64,000 bases of DNA from Eledone cirrhosa (taxonomy: Eukaryota), in assembly GCA_964016885.1 (NCBI GenBank), contig OZ024755.1, forward strand, positions 10,850,001-10,914,000, in the 5' to 3' direction. The position numbers were made by a program, and so were the translations under genes. Numbering within the stretch: position 1 is the first letter of the stretch; each line of letters begins with the position of its first letter. Of the stretch, positions 13,842-29,536 are shown piece after piece. The notes below the pieces were generated by a model, which was given only the letters and a program-made list of their open reading frames with translations, had not been told where the DNA came from and searched no databases.

Positions 13842-14959
13842 ATGACAGATGATAACCTTGAGGTCAATGGCAGTAAGTGCTCTGGAACTTATTGTGAAGG
13901 GGTCTGGCCCGGCAGGTGTCCCATGGCACCGCAGCGTGGGCCCGGTCGTCAACCTACAACTGCAAGGAGGTTCAAACCTCTCAATATTCGATGTTGGAAT
14001 GTAAGAACTTTACTGGATTCCCAGTCCAGTAAAACTCGCCCTGAAAGAAGATCTGCTTTGGTGTCAAGGGAACTCGATCGCTATAGCATGGACATCGTTG
14101 TTCTTTCAGAAACGAGATTGGCAGGTGAGGGTCAATTCACAGAACAGAAGGGAGGATATACTTTTTATTGGAGTGGTGGAGCAGAGGGTTGTAGGAGAGA
14201 GGCAGGGGTCGCATTTGCAGTCACGAATGGAATCGTCTCAAATCTCGAATATCTTCCTTGTGGATTCAATGATCGGATAATGTCCATGAGATGCCCTCTG
14301 ATTCAAAACCGCTTTGTGACTCTGGTTAGTGTGTACGCTCCTACTATGTGTGCTAGTGATGATGAAAAACTAAATTTCTACATGTCTTTGAGAGAGGTCA
14401 TCTATGGTATACCTTATGCAGACAAGATTGTCATCCTTGGTGATTTTAATGCACGTGTTGGTAATGACTGGGAAGCTTGGAGTGTGATGGGCAGGCATGG
14501 AGTAGGTAAGTGCAATAACAATGGACTACTTCTGTTGCAGATGTGCACTGAGATGGATCTTTCAGCAGCAATGCAAATATGGATGCATCCAAGTTCCAAG
14601 AAGTGGCACCTTATTGACTCGTTTTAACGAGAAAATGTGATATCAGGGATATCACGTTGGTTCGTGTATTGCGAGGCGCGGAATGTTGGACTGATCATCG
14701 TCTGGTGCGCGCCAAGTTTCAATTTGTTGTGAAGCCCAAAGTAAGGGGGAAGAAGGTTGCTCTTCCAAGACAACTAAACGTGGCTTGTCTGAAAATAGAG
14801 AAAGTCAGAGCTGAGCTGTTGAGGTCCCTTGAGTCCCTGAAATGTGAAAACACTTGGGAATCATTGAAGAAAACCGTCTATGATGTTAGTGCTGGAGTTT
14901 TGGGTCATAACAATAGAAAGCATAAAGACTGGTTCGATGAAAATGATCCAGTGATCTAG
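13842..14959 (+). pseudogene. RTE ORF N-terminus: AP endonuclease, frameshifted near 14625 and stopped at 14957
   Basis: Motifs WNVRTL, RPERRSALV, LSETR, GVAFAV, SVYAPT, LGDFNARVG, WMHPSSKKWHLID, then TDHRLV and DWFDEND. Confidence 0.9.
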
Positions 14960-14984
14960 ACCTTGCTTGAAGAGAAACAAAAAG

Positions 14985-15368
14985 TGGGAGATAGAAGCTC
15001 TTGAAAGAGAGACTTGGCGTGGAATGGTGAATGATGGGGTCCATAATTTTGAGGACAGACGCATAGAGCACGAGAAGATCAAACGGGATGTGCGTAAGCA
15101 ATGCCTTTGGAAACGATCGATGTCTCCATTGGATTGAAGTGCCCTGAGTGTGGAAAAATTTGCTTGAGCAAATCTGGTCTCAGGAGCCTCAGTCAAAGCC
15201 AATGTTCAAAGAGAACCATTGAACTATGATCTCCACGGTGTTGTGAGGGTTCACGGGCAACCTGATACAGGACCTCAAGCCAGGGAGATTCATAGTTGTC
15301 GTCAGTGTGTGAAGGAGTGCAAGTCTCTAGTAGGCTTGAAAAGCCATATCCGAGCGTCCCACATCTGA
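14985..15368 (+). pseudogene. RTE ORF C-terminus with two C2H2 zinc-finger-like motifs (disrupted)
   Basis: Hand translation: [65 protein letters not shown]. Confidence 0.75.
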
Positions 15369-15407
15369 ATCTGACAAGCGATTGCAATACTCTTGGAAGA
15401 GTTTGCA

Positions 15408-15476
<69 letters not shown>

Positions 15477-15493
15477 GCATGTATATATGCATA

Positions 15494-15526
<33 letters not shown>

Positions 15527-16586
15527 TATACATATCAACACACACACGCACGCACACGCACACACACACTGAAGGTGTTTTACCCCAGGAGATGATGTTT
15601 TCTTAATAGCACATTAGCGGTGTAAAAATGCGTTTTGCGTTTTTAATTCTGCTTAACAATATCTTTAGGGAAATTACTTGGGAAAATGATGTTTTCATCT
15701 AATATACTTGCTTTGTATTAACTGGTAGGTTTTTACTGCAGTTTTAGTTGCTTTTGTTTTTTATTATTCTTTCCTTTCATATAGTTCTGTATTTTTTTTT
15801 CTATTTCAATTTATACTTGTGTGTTTTGTGCATCTGTATATGTATACATATATATATGTATACACACATATATATATATATATATAATGTGTGTATTTGA
15901 TATACATATAATATCATCTAATATATGTATGTGGGGGAGGTTGTGTGAATCTGTGTGCATATTTGATTGATAGATAATCAGATGTGGTGATTGATTGATA
16001 CAGGCACTTAAGATAGACAAGAGGAATAGAGGAGTGTACTTTAAATTGAAAGTAAGATGCCATAAATTTTGAGAGGATAAAATTTCCTACACCGATTGTG
16101 AGAGATACTTCTTCCCTACCTTTGGAAGATTACGAAAAATGGGCACATAAAATTTGGTAAGGGTACAGTAACATAGAATAATGGAACATTGTTGAGGAAA
16201 GATTCCCAGTTTTTTTCTTTAAGTGTCGAATCCCATATCTATTTAATGTGATAGGGATGAAACCGTATACAAATTACATACTTGATATAAAAACATATAT
16301 CTGTGTATGTATATATATAAAGTGTGTGGTACCGAGCCGTGTCCCTATGCATGGGAAAGAGCACAGTGGGTATGAAAGAGGCTTTTTATCTTTCTTTATA
16401 TATATATAGAGTGAAAGCGGTGATTCTTTGCTTAAACTTTAATCTGTTATTTTAATAAATATATATTATTAATATATATATATATATATGTGTGTGTGTG
16501 TATGTATGTATATATATATATGTATAGTATATGTTATATACATATGTATGTATATATATATATATATGTATATGTTTATATGTTAT

Positions 16587-16664
<78 letters not shown>

Positions 16665-17279
16665 ATATATGGGTATTTTTAAAAACATATAAGTATATAT
16701 AATATTTTGTCGAATTATATTTATTTTCTCATTTATATGTTCTCAATTTTAATGTATTGCTGTTTATTTGATTTAATATGACCGTACTATGTCTTCTATT
16801 TCCGTTTAATTTTAAATATTCATCTGCTTTATTAATCAATATATCTATTTTTCCTGTTTTTATAACCCATTTAAAGTTGTATCTATTAAAATTTGTTTTC
16901 TTATCTCTTGTGGGTGTCTGGTTGTGTGTTTCTTTTTATTATCTCATTTGTTTTATTGAACAATAAGTGATATGTAGCTATAAGTTTCAAATTTTAACAA
17001 CGGTCAGGTTATGACTTTCCAATCCTGTTGAATCCATATTTCTGTACTTGGGAACCATGGAAGAAATAATATTTGAAATATTACCTTCTGGCTATAAACT
17101 TATTTAATCACGTGTAATATTCCTGATAGAGAATTAAGGAAAGAAAGGGTTCCTAAACACCTTACGCAATCGTGGGGCCACCGTCCTGACACACATTGTA
17201 ACAGGCGTTTTAAACCTGGCAGCGTCTATCCCTCTCCATGGAGGAAAAGGGAGGATGAGTCAAGGATAAATTGAGTTAG

Positions 17280-17420
17280 AAGAAGAGTCGACCCCATTAC
17301 TATATTCCGCAACAACAAAAAGAATGAAAGACAAATTTAAATTAGGGGGGATTTGCCGTGGGTCCGAATATATACCAAGGCTTTCAATCCAACACTTTAA
17401 CGTTTCTTTTCCGACTCTTC
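17280..17420 (-). mobile_element. Highly degenerate family A SINE
   Basis: gagtcgaccccattac..gaatgaaagacaaa..gggatttg. Confidence 0.4.
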
Positions 17421-17554
17421 ACCTTTTCTGAGAGTAAAGCAGACCATGTCAATATAGAATAAATAACTTTAATGCTAAGTATAAGGGGACATTCGAACAG
17501 CAAACTTCTCTCTCTCTCTCTCTATTTCTCTCTCTTTTTTTCTCTCTCTCTCTC

Positions 17555-17657
<103 letters not shown>

Positions 17658-18998
17658 CATGTGTATGTATAATCTCTCCTATTTGGTCGTTTCATGAGTT
17701 ATCTCGGTCAGTATATGAAGTTTCCAGCTGATCCTCGTTAAAACAATGTACTGCATTACAAATGTGGACACGAAGGGCTTTCTGCCGTAATTGCAATATT
17801 TGAGCCAGAGGAATATAATGTTTTATCAACATATAAGTGTAATAAATTCCATTATTCCTTATTATGAATACATCTGTATATATTTATTAATTCAATTATC
17901 TATTGTTTCACACAGTAGCCCACATGATGAGCAGCACTCTATTATATATATTATTGTGGTGTAGATTTCATTGTTAATTCATTGAGCGTGTTTGGTGTAT
18001 GTTTCCGAAGGGCGTGATAGGTTTTGCTTTATACTTAATGTGGTATGCATTAGGTAGATTAGATTGAGTTTAGATATATAGGTGATATTTGCTTGATTTC
18101 GTGGATAGTTTTGGTTTAGAGTCGATTTGTTTGTTTCAGTTAGGGCAATTAACAGTCCTGGTTATTGTAATATGTTATATATTATATTTAAGAATGGATA
18201 ACAACTGTTGGTCCTTAGGTAGAGCAGATTTAGTTTTAACACTTAAAGATCAATACACAAGCCGGTGAGATCCAATTTTACAACCGTAATTATCTCTTAA
18301 TCAACTAGGCAGATTCAATTTAAGAACCATATTACTTGCTAGGCAACAAATGTAATCCATATTTCCTCTCACTGGTTTGTATTCTATAATCAATCAGATC
18401 AATTTCATTAACGTTATAATTAGCAGCAAAACCTAATGCAATATTGTCTTAATTATTACAACCGTTCGCCGCTTAGAACCAACCATATTTTTATTCGTCA
18501 GGATCTCTCTGTGTGTCTATGTATGTGCCTGTTTTGTTATTTTCATTGTTATTGTTGCTGGTGTTGTTAGCACTAACTCAAAAGTCCTATGATCAAAGAC
18601 TTCCACGTATTTTCATTCAGACAATGTTGACCTAAGACCACATTATCAAATGTGTTTTAAGATGAAGGGAAAGAAATAACTATGTACATGTGCATAACAC
18701 TCTTAGATAGGCTGATTTTGTCAGGGACTTAATAGATTTTACATTGTCTGAATGGGCGTGTGTATGTTTATGTGTATACTTGTTTAATAAATTTGGGAAA
18801 CGATCGGCTGCAAATTGTCTCCTATGTTATATCATAGTATTATAGTTACAGAGCATAGATTTTAGGCCGTCGTGGGTCACACGAAATGTCTCTCTCCCTT
18901 AGAAATTGAATGTGTTCAGATCTGGAGAGGAATGTGGTCCAACAGGTTATGTAAATATCCAAGACATTCCGTGTGTCATGACTGTAACCAGACGACTT

Positions 18999-19054
<56 letters not shown>

Positions 19055-19074
19055 CACGTGTTTGATGGCTGGGA

Positions 19075-19190
19075 GAAAACAGTACTCAATACCGAAGTAG
19101 AGTTTAAATATTCATTTATATTAAAGGTAAAAAGTGAGTCTTCTTACACTTGAGTTTCAACTCCAGAGAAACAAGACTCACTTTTGAATA
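19075..19190 (-). mobile_element. Truncated fold-back element of the hammerhead/Penelope-like family
   Basis: gtactcaatac..gtagagt terminal motif shared with 28837 and 32290; 13-bp inverted arms aaaagtgagtctt/aagactcactttt; GAAA retained, CUGANGA lost. Confidence 0.45.
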
Positions 19191-19579
19191 TATGAATATA
19201 TATATATGTGTGTGTGTGTGTGGGTGGGTGTGTGTGTGAGTGCGTGCGTATTAAATTTGAACGAGTCAATGGTGAAAAGAAAAGGCATACGCTGTTTAAC
19301 GTTCTTTTTATTTGCATATATTTTTTTTTTGTAAAGTGCGCTATTTATAAATCTAGATATATTGGCAGCCATTAAAAACAACATATTGACATTTATTTAA
19401 TGAATTGATGTCGTTCCAAGTTTACCCTATTATATAATGTTCCACAGTGCAACCACAATTATCACAATTATCACTGATTACATCTCAGTTACCCACGCGC
19501 AGACACATACCCAACGGTACACATACACCGCAGTTATCCGTAACGACAATGTCCCTTATTATAATCTTTTGTGTCTGTT

Positions 19580-19617
<38 letters not shown>

Positions 19618-19919
19618 ATATCGTATGTATGTATGTATATCATATATATATATAATATCGTATGTACACACATTTATATTGTATATATTTATATATATAT
19701 GTACGTGTCTTTGTGCATGTATGTGAAGGATGGGGTATTATTGGGTGTGTGCCTGTGTATTTAGCAATCATTGAATGCTATTGTAAGATGGTTTGAATCG
19801 ACCTTGGTAGTAAATTGCAATCGATAGTGCAACCTAGGAGAATTCTATTATACCAGCCACTACAACAGACCATTGGGTATTGCAAATAATGGTTATCATT
19901 ATACCATTAACAGCGTACA

Positions 19920-20200
<281 letters not shown>

Positions 20201-20478
20201 ACACATCTGTGGGTGTATGTATATATATAAACGCTACAATCATCATAAATGCCATCAGCAGCGCTATTATTATCATGATCATCTGCATCATCATCATTAT
20301 CATAAGCATAATCCTCCTCATCGTCAACAATGACTAGAACAACAACAACAGCAACTACTACTACTACTACTTAGAAGCAAGCAAACAGAACTCGATCGAA
20401 GGGCAGAACTCACTGGGATGGGAGAGTTTAAATTAGAGATAGCAGTGAGAAAAAGATAGGCCATGAGAGAGGTAAAGA

Positions 20479-20605
<127 letters not shown>

Positions 20606-20764
20606 AGACACGGAACACCAGAGAGATACAATATTAGACGAGAGGTAGACCAGATTGGACAGAAAGAGAAGTTTGAGAGATGAGTTGTAGCTAGATTGAA
20701 GAAAGATATAGACATAAATATAAGGTGTATTCTTTGTATGTGTGGTATATATTAGAGAGAGAGC

Positions 20765-20807
<43 letters not shown>

Positions 20808-20898
20808 AGTGAGGGAGACATTGAAAACAAAGACAAAGACTAAAACATACACGAAATATGATGCATCACAACCAATGCATTTTGGTAGTTGTTGGCAT

Positions 20899-20932
<34 letters not shown>

Positions 20933-21266
20933 GTTACTACTACTGCTGCTGCTGCTGTTGCTGCTGCTGCTACTACTACTATTACTACTTCTACTACTGC
21001 AGACCTTTAATAATAGCAGTAATAATATGCAAATATAGATGAGCATACCAACATATATGAGTGCATGTATAAATATATATATGTGTGTATGTGTGTGTGT
21101 GTGCGCGTGTCTGTCTAGGTATATGTGCGTGTGTGGCTTAAATGTGCCTCCAGTACCAATAGGTCTGCCTAACTATATTGGTAGATCTGTGTGTATGTAT
21201 GTCAGTCTGTACTTGTAAGTGAGCCTTTCGTAAACAAATAATATATGGTACGCAATATGAAAAAAA

Positions 21267-21314
<48 letters not shown>

Positions 21315-21361
21315 GTACGTATGTATAATATGGTACGCAATATGAAAAAAAAATAATAACG

Positions 21362-21442
<81 letters not shown>

Positions 21443-21489
21443 GATATGATATATATATTTCTATATATAGATAGATATATACATAAGTA

Positions 21490-21566
<77 letters not shown>

Positions 21567-21991
21567 GCTATATATATATATATATAACATAGCAATATGA
21601 AAATAAAAAGAAAGATAGGAAATACCAAATGAAAAAACTCTAGAACCATACGCAATTTAGTAAGCTAAACTCGTATGATTTGCCATCAAGACAATTGCAA
21701 TCGATTTTCTTCTTCTAATGTAATAGTCTCTACTGGACACTATCCACATTAGTGGTCGACATTGATCTGAAATGTTATAGATCTGTTTGGTAAAAGTTCC
21801 TTCTCTGCATCCCACTTTATTGTGTGCTCCCTTCATTTCTTAGTTTTCTTTGGCCATTATCAGATTTTAGTATATATTTCTTCATTTCTTCATTTCTTGC
21901 TTTTTCTAGTATCCCTCCCTAAGTAAGTAATCATATAATAGATTTAGTTATACGATGTATTTGTTTTTACATATATACATATATATACCTT

Positions 21992-22023
<32 letters not shown>

Positions 22024-22045
22024 CATATATATGTGTGTGTATATG

Positions 22046-22076
<31 letters not shown>

Positions 22077-22093
22077 ATATGTATATATATATA

Positions 22094-22130
<37 letters not shown>

Positions 22131-23169
22131 GTTTTGTTTCCTGTTGTTTAATGTTGTTTTTTATCCCGAGTTTCCGAACCCCCGCTGTACACCATTATTT
22201 CTCTTATCAATCTGTGTACTGTAGTGCAAAAGCTGCTTCACCATTATCGAACCAATGATATATATATGTATATATATATGTGTGTGTGTGTGAGAGACCT
22301 GCATGCATTTTATGAATTCATAGACCACTAAATGCTCTTATCCACGTCAATACACACATACTCACACATACATACACATACATATACAGATATATTTATC
22401 TTACAAAAGAGAGACGCTTGCAAGTGCACACATATTGCATATAAACACATACAAACAACCAGTGTTTATATATGAATCTACCTACACGCAATAATCCACA
22501 TATTGTGACTATATAGAAATACTCATATCTAGATTCAGCCAGACGTACTCACATATACAGTCACATGACATGTGTATATAAGAAATAATATATGTATGTT
22601 CTTCAAGGCATATAGACCCACATACAATCACGCAACGCATACATTTTAGTTCGTATACATATTTACAGACATATACAGCAAGGGATGCCCTTGAAGGCGA
22701 GCAATAAAGTATCATCCTTGTATATAAATTTAGACGCATTTATACGGACACATACAAACACATCGATGGTTGAGAAAATCTTGCATGTATGTGTAACTGT
22801 GTGTGTGAGAGAATGTGTCTGTGTGTGAGAGAGATATATACACACACGCACATATATATATATATATGGAGAGAGAGAGAGAGGGGGAGAGAGAGAGAGA
22901 TAGAGATAGAGATAGAGATAGAGATAGAGAGAGAGAGAAGAATAGCGCGAGTTATTAAGAGTTTTTATAACACAAAACTGAATTATTCTATTTTGTCATA
23001 TTAGGACATTTCCCAACTCTCCCACTTTCGCTCCATTAGTACTTACAGGCTTTTTTCTATTTTCTTCCATGAATCCGGCCCATTTACCTCACGGGGTTGT
23101 CTGAGTACGGATATTTTCTTCGCGTATTATTCCTGGATAGTTGAAGACTCTTCAAGAGAGCCGTATAAA

Positions 23170-23530
23170 TTAGTCGGCAAAATGTGGGTAGAATAAAGAA
23201 TTGTGGTGCAAATCCTGAGTTAACAGGTAGATAAATTGGTAGATAAAACAGGGTGTAAAACTTTATTAAGAGGTCTGTATATAAACTATGGGTAAAATAG
23301 TGGGTGAAATAGTGGGTAAAATGATGGTTAAAGTTGTGAATGTGTCTAAAAAGAAGGGCGAAATGAAGACTAAAATTTCACATTGTTGGGTAAAATCAAA
23401 AATCCTGGGTAAAACGGTGGGTAAAATAGTAGGCAAAATCGTAAAACGTTGCAGAATGGTGTGTAAATTATTTTGAAGGGTGAAATCCAGAACCACTGAT
23501 AAAATGCTGGGTAAAATGGTTGTAATTTTA
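23170..23530. repeat. Degenerate ~12-bp periodic repeat (GGGTAAAATNNT)
   Basis: gggtaaaatagt gggtgaaatagt gggtaaaatgat; gggtaaaacggt gggtaaaatagt aggcaaaatcgt. Confidence 0.65.
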
Positions 23531-24112
23531 ACAAACAAAATGAAAATCTTATTTATTGCACAACTCAGCTAAATATATATTACCTGTTTTGCCAGTAGGC
23601 AAGTTCTTATTAGCTTAAGGGTGAGTTAAATATGATATTCATTATCAGTCGTACCGTAAAGAATTTAAATTAAAACTTCAAAGAATCATGTTGCGCAAAT
23701 TAAAAGAAAGACTGCATGCAATCGCAAACAGTGGCTTTATGCTGCTGTTTTTAACTCAATCTGATCGCAACCGAACACATGCAGACGATATGTTCATAAA
23801 GCAGAATAAAATTGGTCATAATTATTTCCCGTTGGGACGTGTAATCTAGGTTCACGATTTAAAGATTGTAAATTTAACTTCCGAATAGGGTGTCACGTTG
23901 TGTTCTTCATCGGGAAATTTTATTTCATATTGTTCCAATCCAATCAGCCGGTAGAAAGCTGTATCGGGCATGCATGTTGGTCTTCTACGAAACACTCTGT
24001 GCGATGCTTTTGCCTCGGTGATGCAAACCTATCATCAGTCAGTCATGATCAGTTCCTTTCCTCAATTATTCATCCTCCACCAAAGTAGACATATAGACAT
24101 ATATATATATAT

Positions 24113-24162
<50 letters not shown>

Positions 24163-25434
24163 GCTCATACAGGAAGCTTTTAAGGAAATGAGACGAGCAT
24201 TTTTAAAATGATGTTTTAAGCGAAATTGATAGACCATTTTATATTTTTCGTCAAAACGAATGCTATTTTTGTTTTTTCATCTATTGTCTTTAAATAAACA
24301 TTACTTGGATGTTTTCGATTGTAATTCACAAAATCAATTTTCGTCCATAAAAAATAAATTGTCATGATTATAAAACCAATTTTCTATTTTTTGTATATGT
24401 ACACGCATACATAATATGACTGGTCGTAACTGCTTATGCTCACCTCAACCACTCAAATGCGTACAAGTTCAGTGTCTTTCTCTATCAATCGTTCAATCTC
24501 TCATTTTCTTTCTTGCTTAAAAACAATTCTTGATTTTAAATAAATATCTGGATGAAGCAATTACATCGTAGAAGAGATAGTTTAGCTATTTAAAGAACAT
24601 GAAATCTGTTGAATTTGCTTTATAATCATCATTTATTTCGTGATGTCACAACGCAATTTTCGTCGCATTGTTTGCGACATAGCAATAGGCACAATTTCAT
24701 TGTTGCTATGGAATTGTCTCAGTGATTATGTTGGAGCGCAATGGCGTTGATACAATGAAATAAATGATATATCTAAAGGGAATTGAACAGTGTTTTTGCG
24801 TCCATTTATTTTAAATGGCCAAAATATATTTTCTACGATGAAATTGTTCCTATTTCAAAACGTCATTTGCAAGACAAGTACAACTCAGAGATATTAAACT
24901 AGTTTAAATAATCTTTAAAATCATATACGCTATTACTCAGTCCACAAAAAGTCTTGCATGTGTCCACTTAAAATAGTGTAACTTACAACATTGAACGTAC
25001 ATATATAGCTTTTAATATAACAGTGAATGGGTCAATGTTGGTTTCGACGAGATATGATCTAGTCCGATCAGCATAAGTGGGTGAACTTTCAACAGATATA
25101 CGTACGCTTCATAATGTAATTCTCGGAAGGTTGAGCGTGATGTGGTGACAAGGTGAGTGGAGGAATTACAATTACAGACCATCTGAAGGGTATTCAAGAA
25201 TATGTTCCACCCAGTTTCCATCACATATACACAAGTATAGACATACATTTTAGGGAGTCTAAGAGATACCAATTTTGCTCAATGTAGGAATTAATACGAA
25301 TCAATATTTCAGAGCATGATAAAATATTATATTGGAAACGCAAATGATATAAAGGCATTTACCTATTTACTTAGAGCATCCCTACTGCAGTTTCATTCAG
25401 CAAAACTCACCATTTAGTACTGTGAAAATCTCAA

Positions 25435-25484
<50 letters not shown>

Positions 25485-26074
25485 CCATCTTTATGAACGA
25501 CAAATAGCAAACGACCTATATAATATGACCGAAAAAGTTGAAGACAAGTCAAATATAAACTGATTAACTATGAAAGATTTAACTGAAGGTTTATTTACAC
25601 ATGTGTTATTGTTGCTGCTATTGTGCCAAAAGTAGAAACAATTATTATTATTATCATGGCTATTATTATTATCGTTTTTATTATAATTCTTCTTATTATT
25701 GTTACCGTTCTTCTTATTATTGATGTTATTATTATCAATACTGATAGGATTGTAGTTGTCACCTTTGTTCTCAAAATTGTTACTGTTGTTACAGTTACTG
25801 TGGTATTTACTCTGTACATACTTACTGCTAAAGTAAATATATAACTAAATAACAATAATAATGATGATGGTGATGATGGTGATGATGATGATACTAATAG
25901 TAAATATAATAGTTATAATAACAAATATATGAATAAAATAATATATGATACAAAATCATCTGAAATCAAGAAGAAATGACAGACACAAGTGTCACAGAAT
26001 ATAAATCATCTGGATATTTCTGGTTCAGTGTGTGAGCGTCAGATAAAATGTTTCGTGTGTAGTTCCTTTTCGAG

Positions 26075-26620
<546 letters not shown>

Positions 26621-27214
26621 ATATGGAAGGTGAGGTTTAAGAAACAAGAGAGCAGGTGGGGCAGACAGGGATTTATTCAAAAGATTCCACAATTTTTTTA
26701 AACCAAAACAGATTTTTAAAATCGGATTATTATTATTGTTATTATTATTATTATTTTTTTAAATTTTTATTATCATTATTATTAGTCTTATTTTAACTGC
26801 GTAGCGTCACAGCATTACCGAGCATAGCTCTGTATGCAGTGTTATTTTGTTGTTTTTTGTGCTGTTATTTCAATTGTATTGAGAGAACTTTTCGTAATAT
26901 GTGTATATGCTATTTTCTATATTTCTATATTTCTATATTTCTATATTTCTATATTTCTAAGTCCTGGGGTTTTGCTTATGTATCAGTGTCTGTGTGTGTT
27001 TTTTATCATGCCCCAAACACTTATTATTATAGGGAGTGTTTCTGTTTTCATCATCTATATTCGTATTATTTCTCTCTTCAAGTATTTATATTTGGATAAT
27101 CATTCGATTGTGGTCTTCTCGATCTCGGCACCGCAAATTATATACACATATATATAGAGAAATGATTTCGTGATTTCTACACGACTAGAAATTTCATTTA
27201 TTTGAAATCTTCAG

Positions 27215-27272
<58 letters not shown>

Positions 27273-27737
27273 ATGATGGCTGCGCGTTGCAAATGGTGGT
27301 GCATATGAAAAAGTAAGTCCTTCATCAGTGACCCTCCAACCGTCCCAGGCATTTCATCGCTTTAAGGGCCATATGCCTCAGGTTGGTGCGAACAACGGCT
27401 AAAAAAAGTCGTTGGGACACGTAAACAAAGGGGACGCCAGGGTAACAAACAAAAAGGTTTAAGCAACGGAAAGTGAGAAGAAATAGACAAGTCCCAGAAA
27501 CTCATAATTTATATATATAATTGAATAGCTTTAGATAGGAACATGCGGATTCTTAGCCTTTACATTTCTTAAGATGAAAAATTAATCCGTTAATGGGGAA
27601 ATGTTTTGTATTCTTAAGATTTTCAGGTATTTGATTCTTGTAAAAGATTCCTTAGTAAAATTATCGTCAAGGGAGCTATTTGTCAATTTAACCGAAAACC
27701 TGATCTGTATAGGAATAGTTATTTGGTTTTTCAAAGG

Positions 27738-27810
<73 letters not shown>

Positions 27811-27874
27811 TATATATATACATATATACATATATGTGCGTGTGTATGTATATGTGTGTATATATATATGTATA

Positions 27875-27914
<40 letters not shown>

Positions 27915-28591
27915 TATATATATATAATATATATATATGTATAATATACATATGTATAATATATATATATATATACATATATATATCAGTCTTTCTCTCT
28001 ATATATTAGATAGGTAGATAGGTAGGTAGCTAGATGAGTAAATAGTTTCTTAATTAAAGAGCGACCTATTAGTTTACGTCAGAATGTTGATGCTTAAAGA
28101 CATTGCAAGAAGATTAAGCGTACACATAAAATACCAAACATAACATTTTTCTTGTCTACTTATTCCCTCGAATCTCTTCTCTCCTCACATCTCACTTTCA
28201 AATGCAAAATCTACAATCTCAATTTCAAATTATAATTGTCCGTTAAAGTCTCACACAGCCTGTAATCCATTCTGTGAAAATCTTATTCACTGTATAATAT
28301 AATATAAAATAACTATTTTACTGTTTTGTTTCTGTTTCTGGGTAAACAAATGAATAATTACATTTGGTAACGCAATTTTCAAATACGAGTAGTTGCATAA
28401 TACGACAATTGTTAAAATTAATTTTACACTTATCAAGAAAGGAAACGATTTTATATTAAAGTACACGACTAAAACATTTATATATATATATATTATATTT
28501 CCCATAGGAAATCAAGTTGATACGAGTAGATTTATATGTATATATGCATACACACACACACACACGTGTATATATATATATATATACACAA

Positions 28592-28826
<235 letters not shown>

Positions 28827-28829
28827 CTA

Positions 28830-28935
28830 AAATATGTACTCAATACGTTGGTAGAGTATAGGCATCTTTATTCTATATAGAAATGACTTTTACACGTCTA
28901 AACATGTTTCAATCATTTGAAATCATCAGCGCAAC
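28830..28935 (-). mobile_element. Penelope-like terminal fragment with degenerate hammerhead core
   Basis: Minus strand CTGATGA-tttcaaatgatt-GAA-ACATGT-T, then gaataaa and tactc..tattgagtac; helices I and II pair poorly. Confidence 0.5.
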
Positions 28936-29411
28936 ATCTTGGCCATGACTTTTGACAAGAAAAGACATCACTCACCCACACTAAAGTGGGTGGGAGATCT
29001 CCCCGTCGGACGAAAAGAGATGACAGTCTGAATTTGGCCCACGGAAACTGTGGTTGGTTTTCTACACATTTGTTGTGTAGCAAGTTTCTCTAACGTGGCA
29101 ATGTTGAACAGAAGGATATAGTAAAGGACAGTTACTAAAAATATCATGAAGTCGGATTGAACTTCTTTAATACACAAGTAAATAATATCAAAAATGATCT
29201 GTGCAATATAAATGGCAAATACAAAATGGAGAACTATTAATTAAAAGATTAAAGAAAATGAAAAACATCACTGAAGTTATTAATTTAGATAGAGAAAATT
29301 AAGTTTTAAATATTTATTTGTATATTTCTTTCATGTTAAATGTACTAAAAAAATACAATAAGTTATTTCTAATTTGGTATTTTATCACACACACTCACAT
29401 AACTCCCCTCC

Positions 29412-29459
<48 letters not shown>

Positions 29460-29536
29460 CGTATGTATTATATATGTGCTTCGTAGGAAGAAATCCAGTG
29501 TTTCCAGTATATATATGTATGTATGTATGTGGTTTT

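Larger units (their letters stand above)
13367..15415 (+). mobile_element. RTE-clade (BovB-like) non-LTR retrotransposon with internal deletion of the RT domain
   Basis: ~470-bp 5' UTR shared with 32412-33017, AP endonuclease ORF, C-terminal C2H2 fingers, 3' end gcagccatcat running into (TA)n; no RT motifs between 14960 and the C-terminal region. Confidence 0.9.

Noticed and set aside
23000-23160. Minus-strand KWAGF-like string resembling a LINE RT C-terminus; a similar weak case at 48110-48250
   Set aside because: Too degenerate to support without a profile search.
25024-25152. Plus-strand segment bounded by acag| and AAG|gtgagt
   Set aside because: Stops in all frames and no partner exons identified.
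27270-27480. Minus-strand segment ending gcagccatcat before (TA)n and containing CTGATGA
   Set aside because: Only the last ~11 nt match the RTE tail; no GAAA or helix II follows the CTGATGA.
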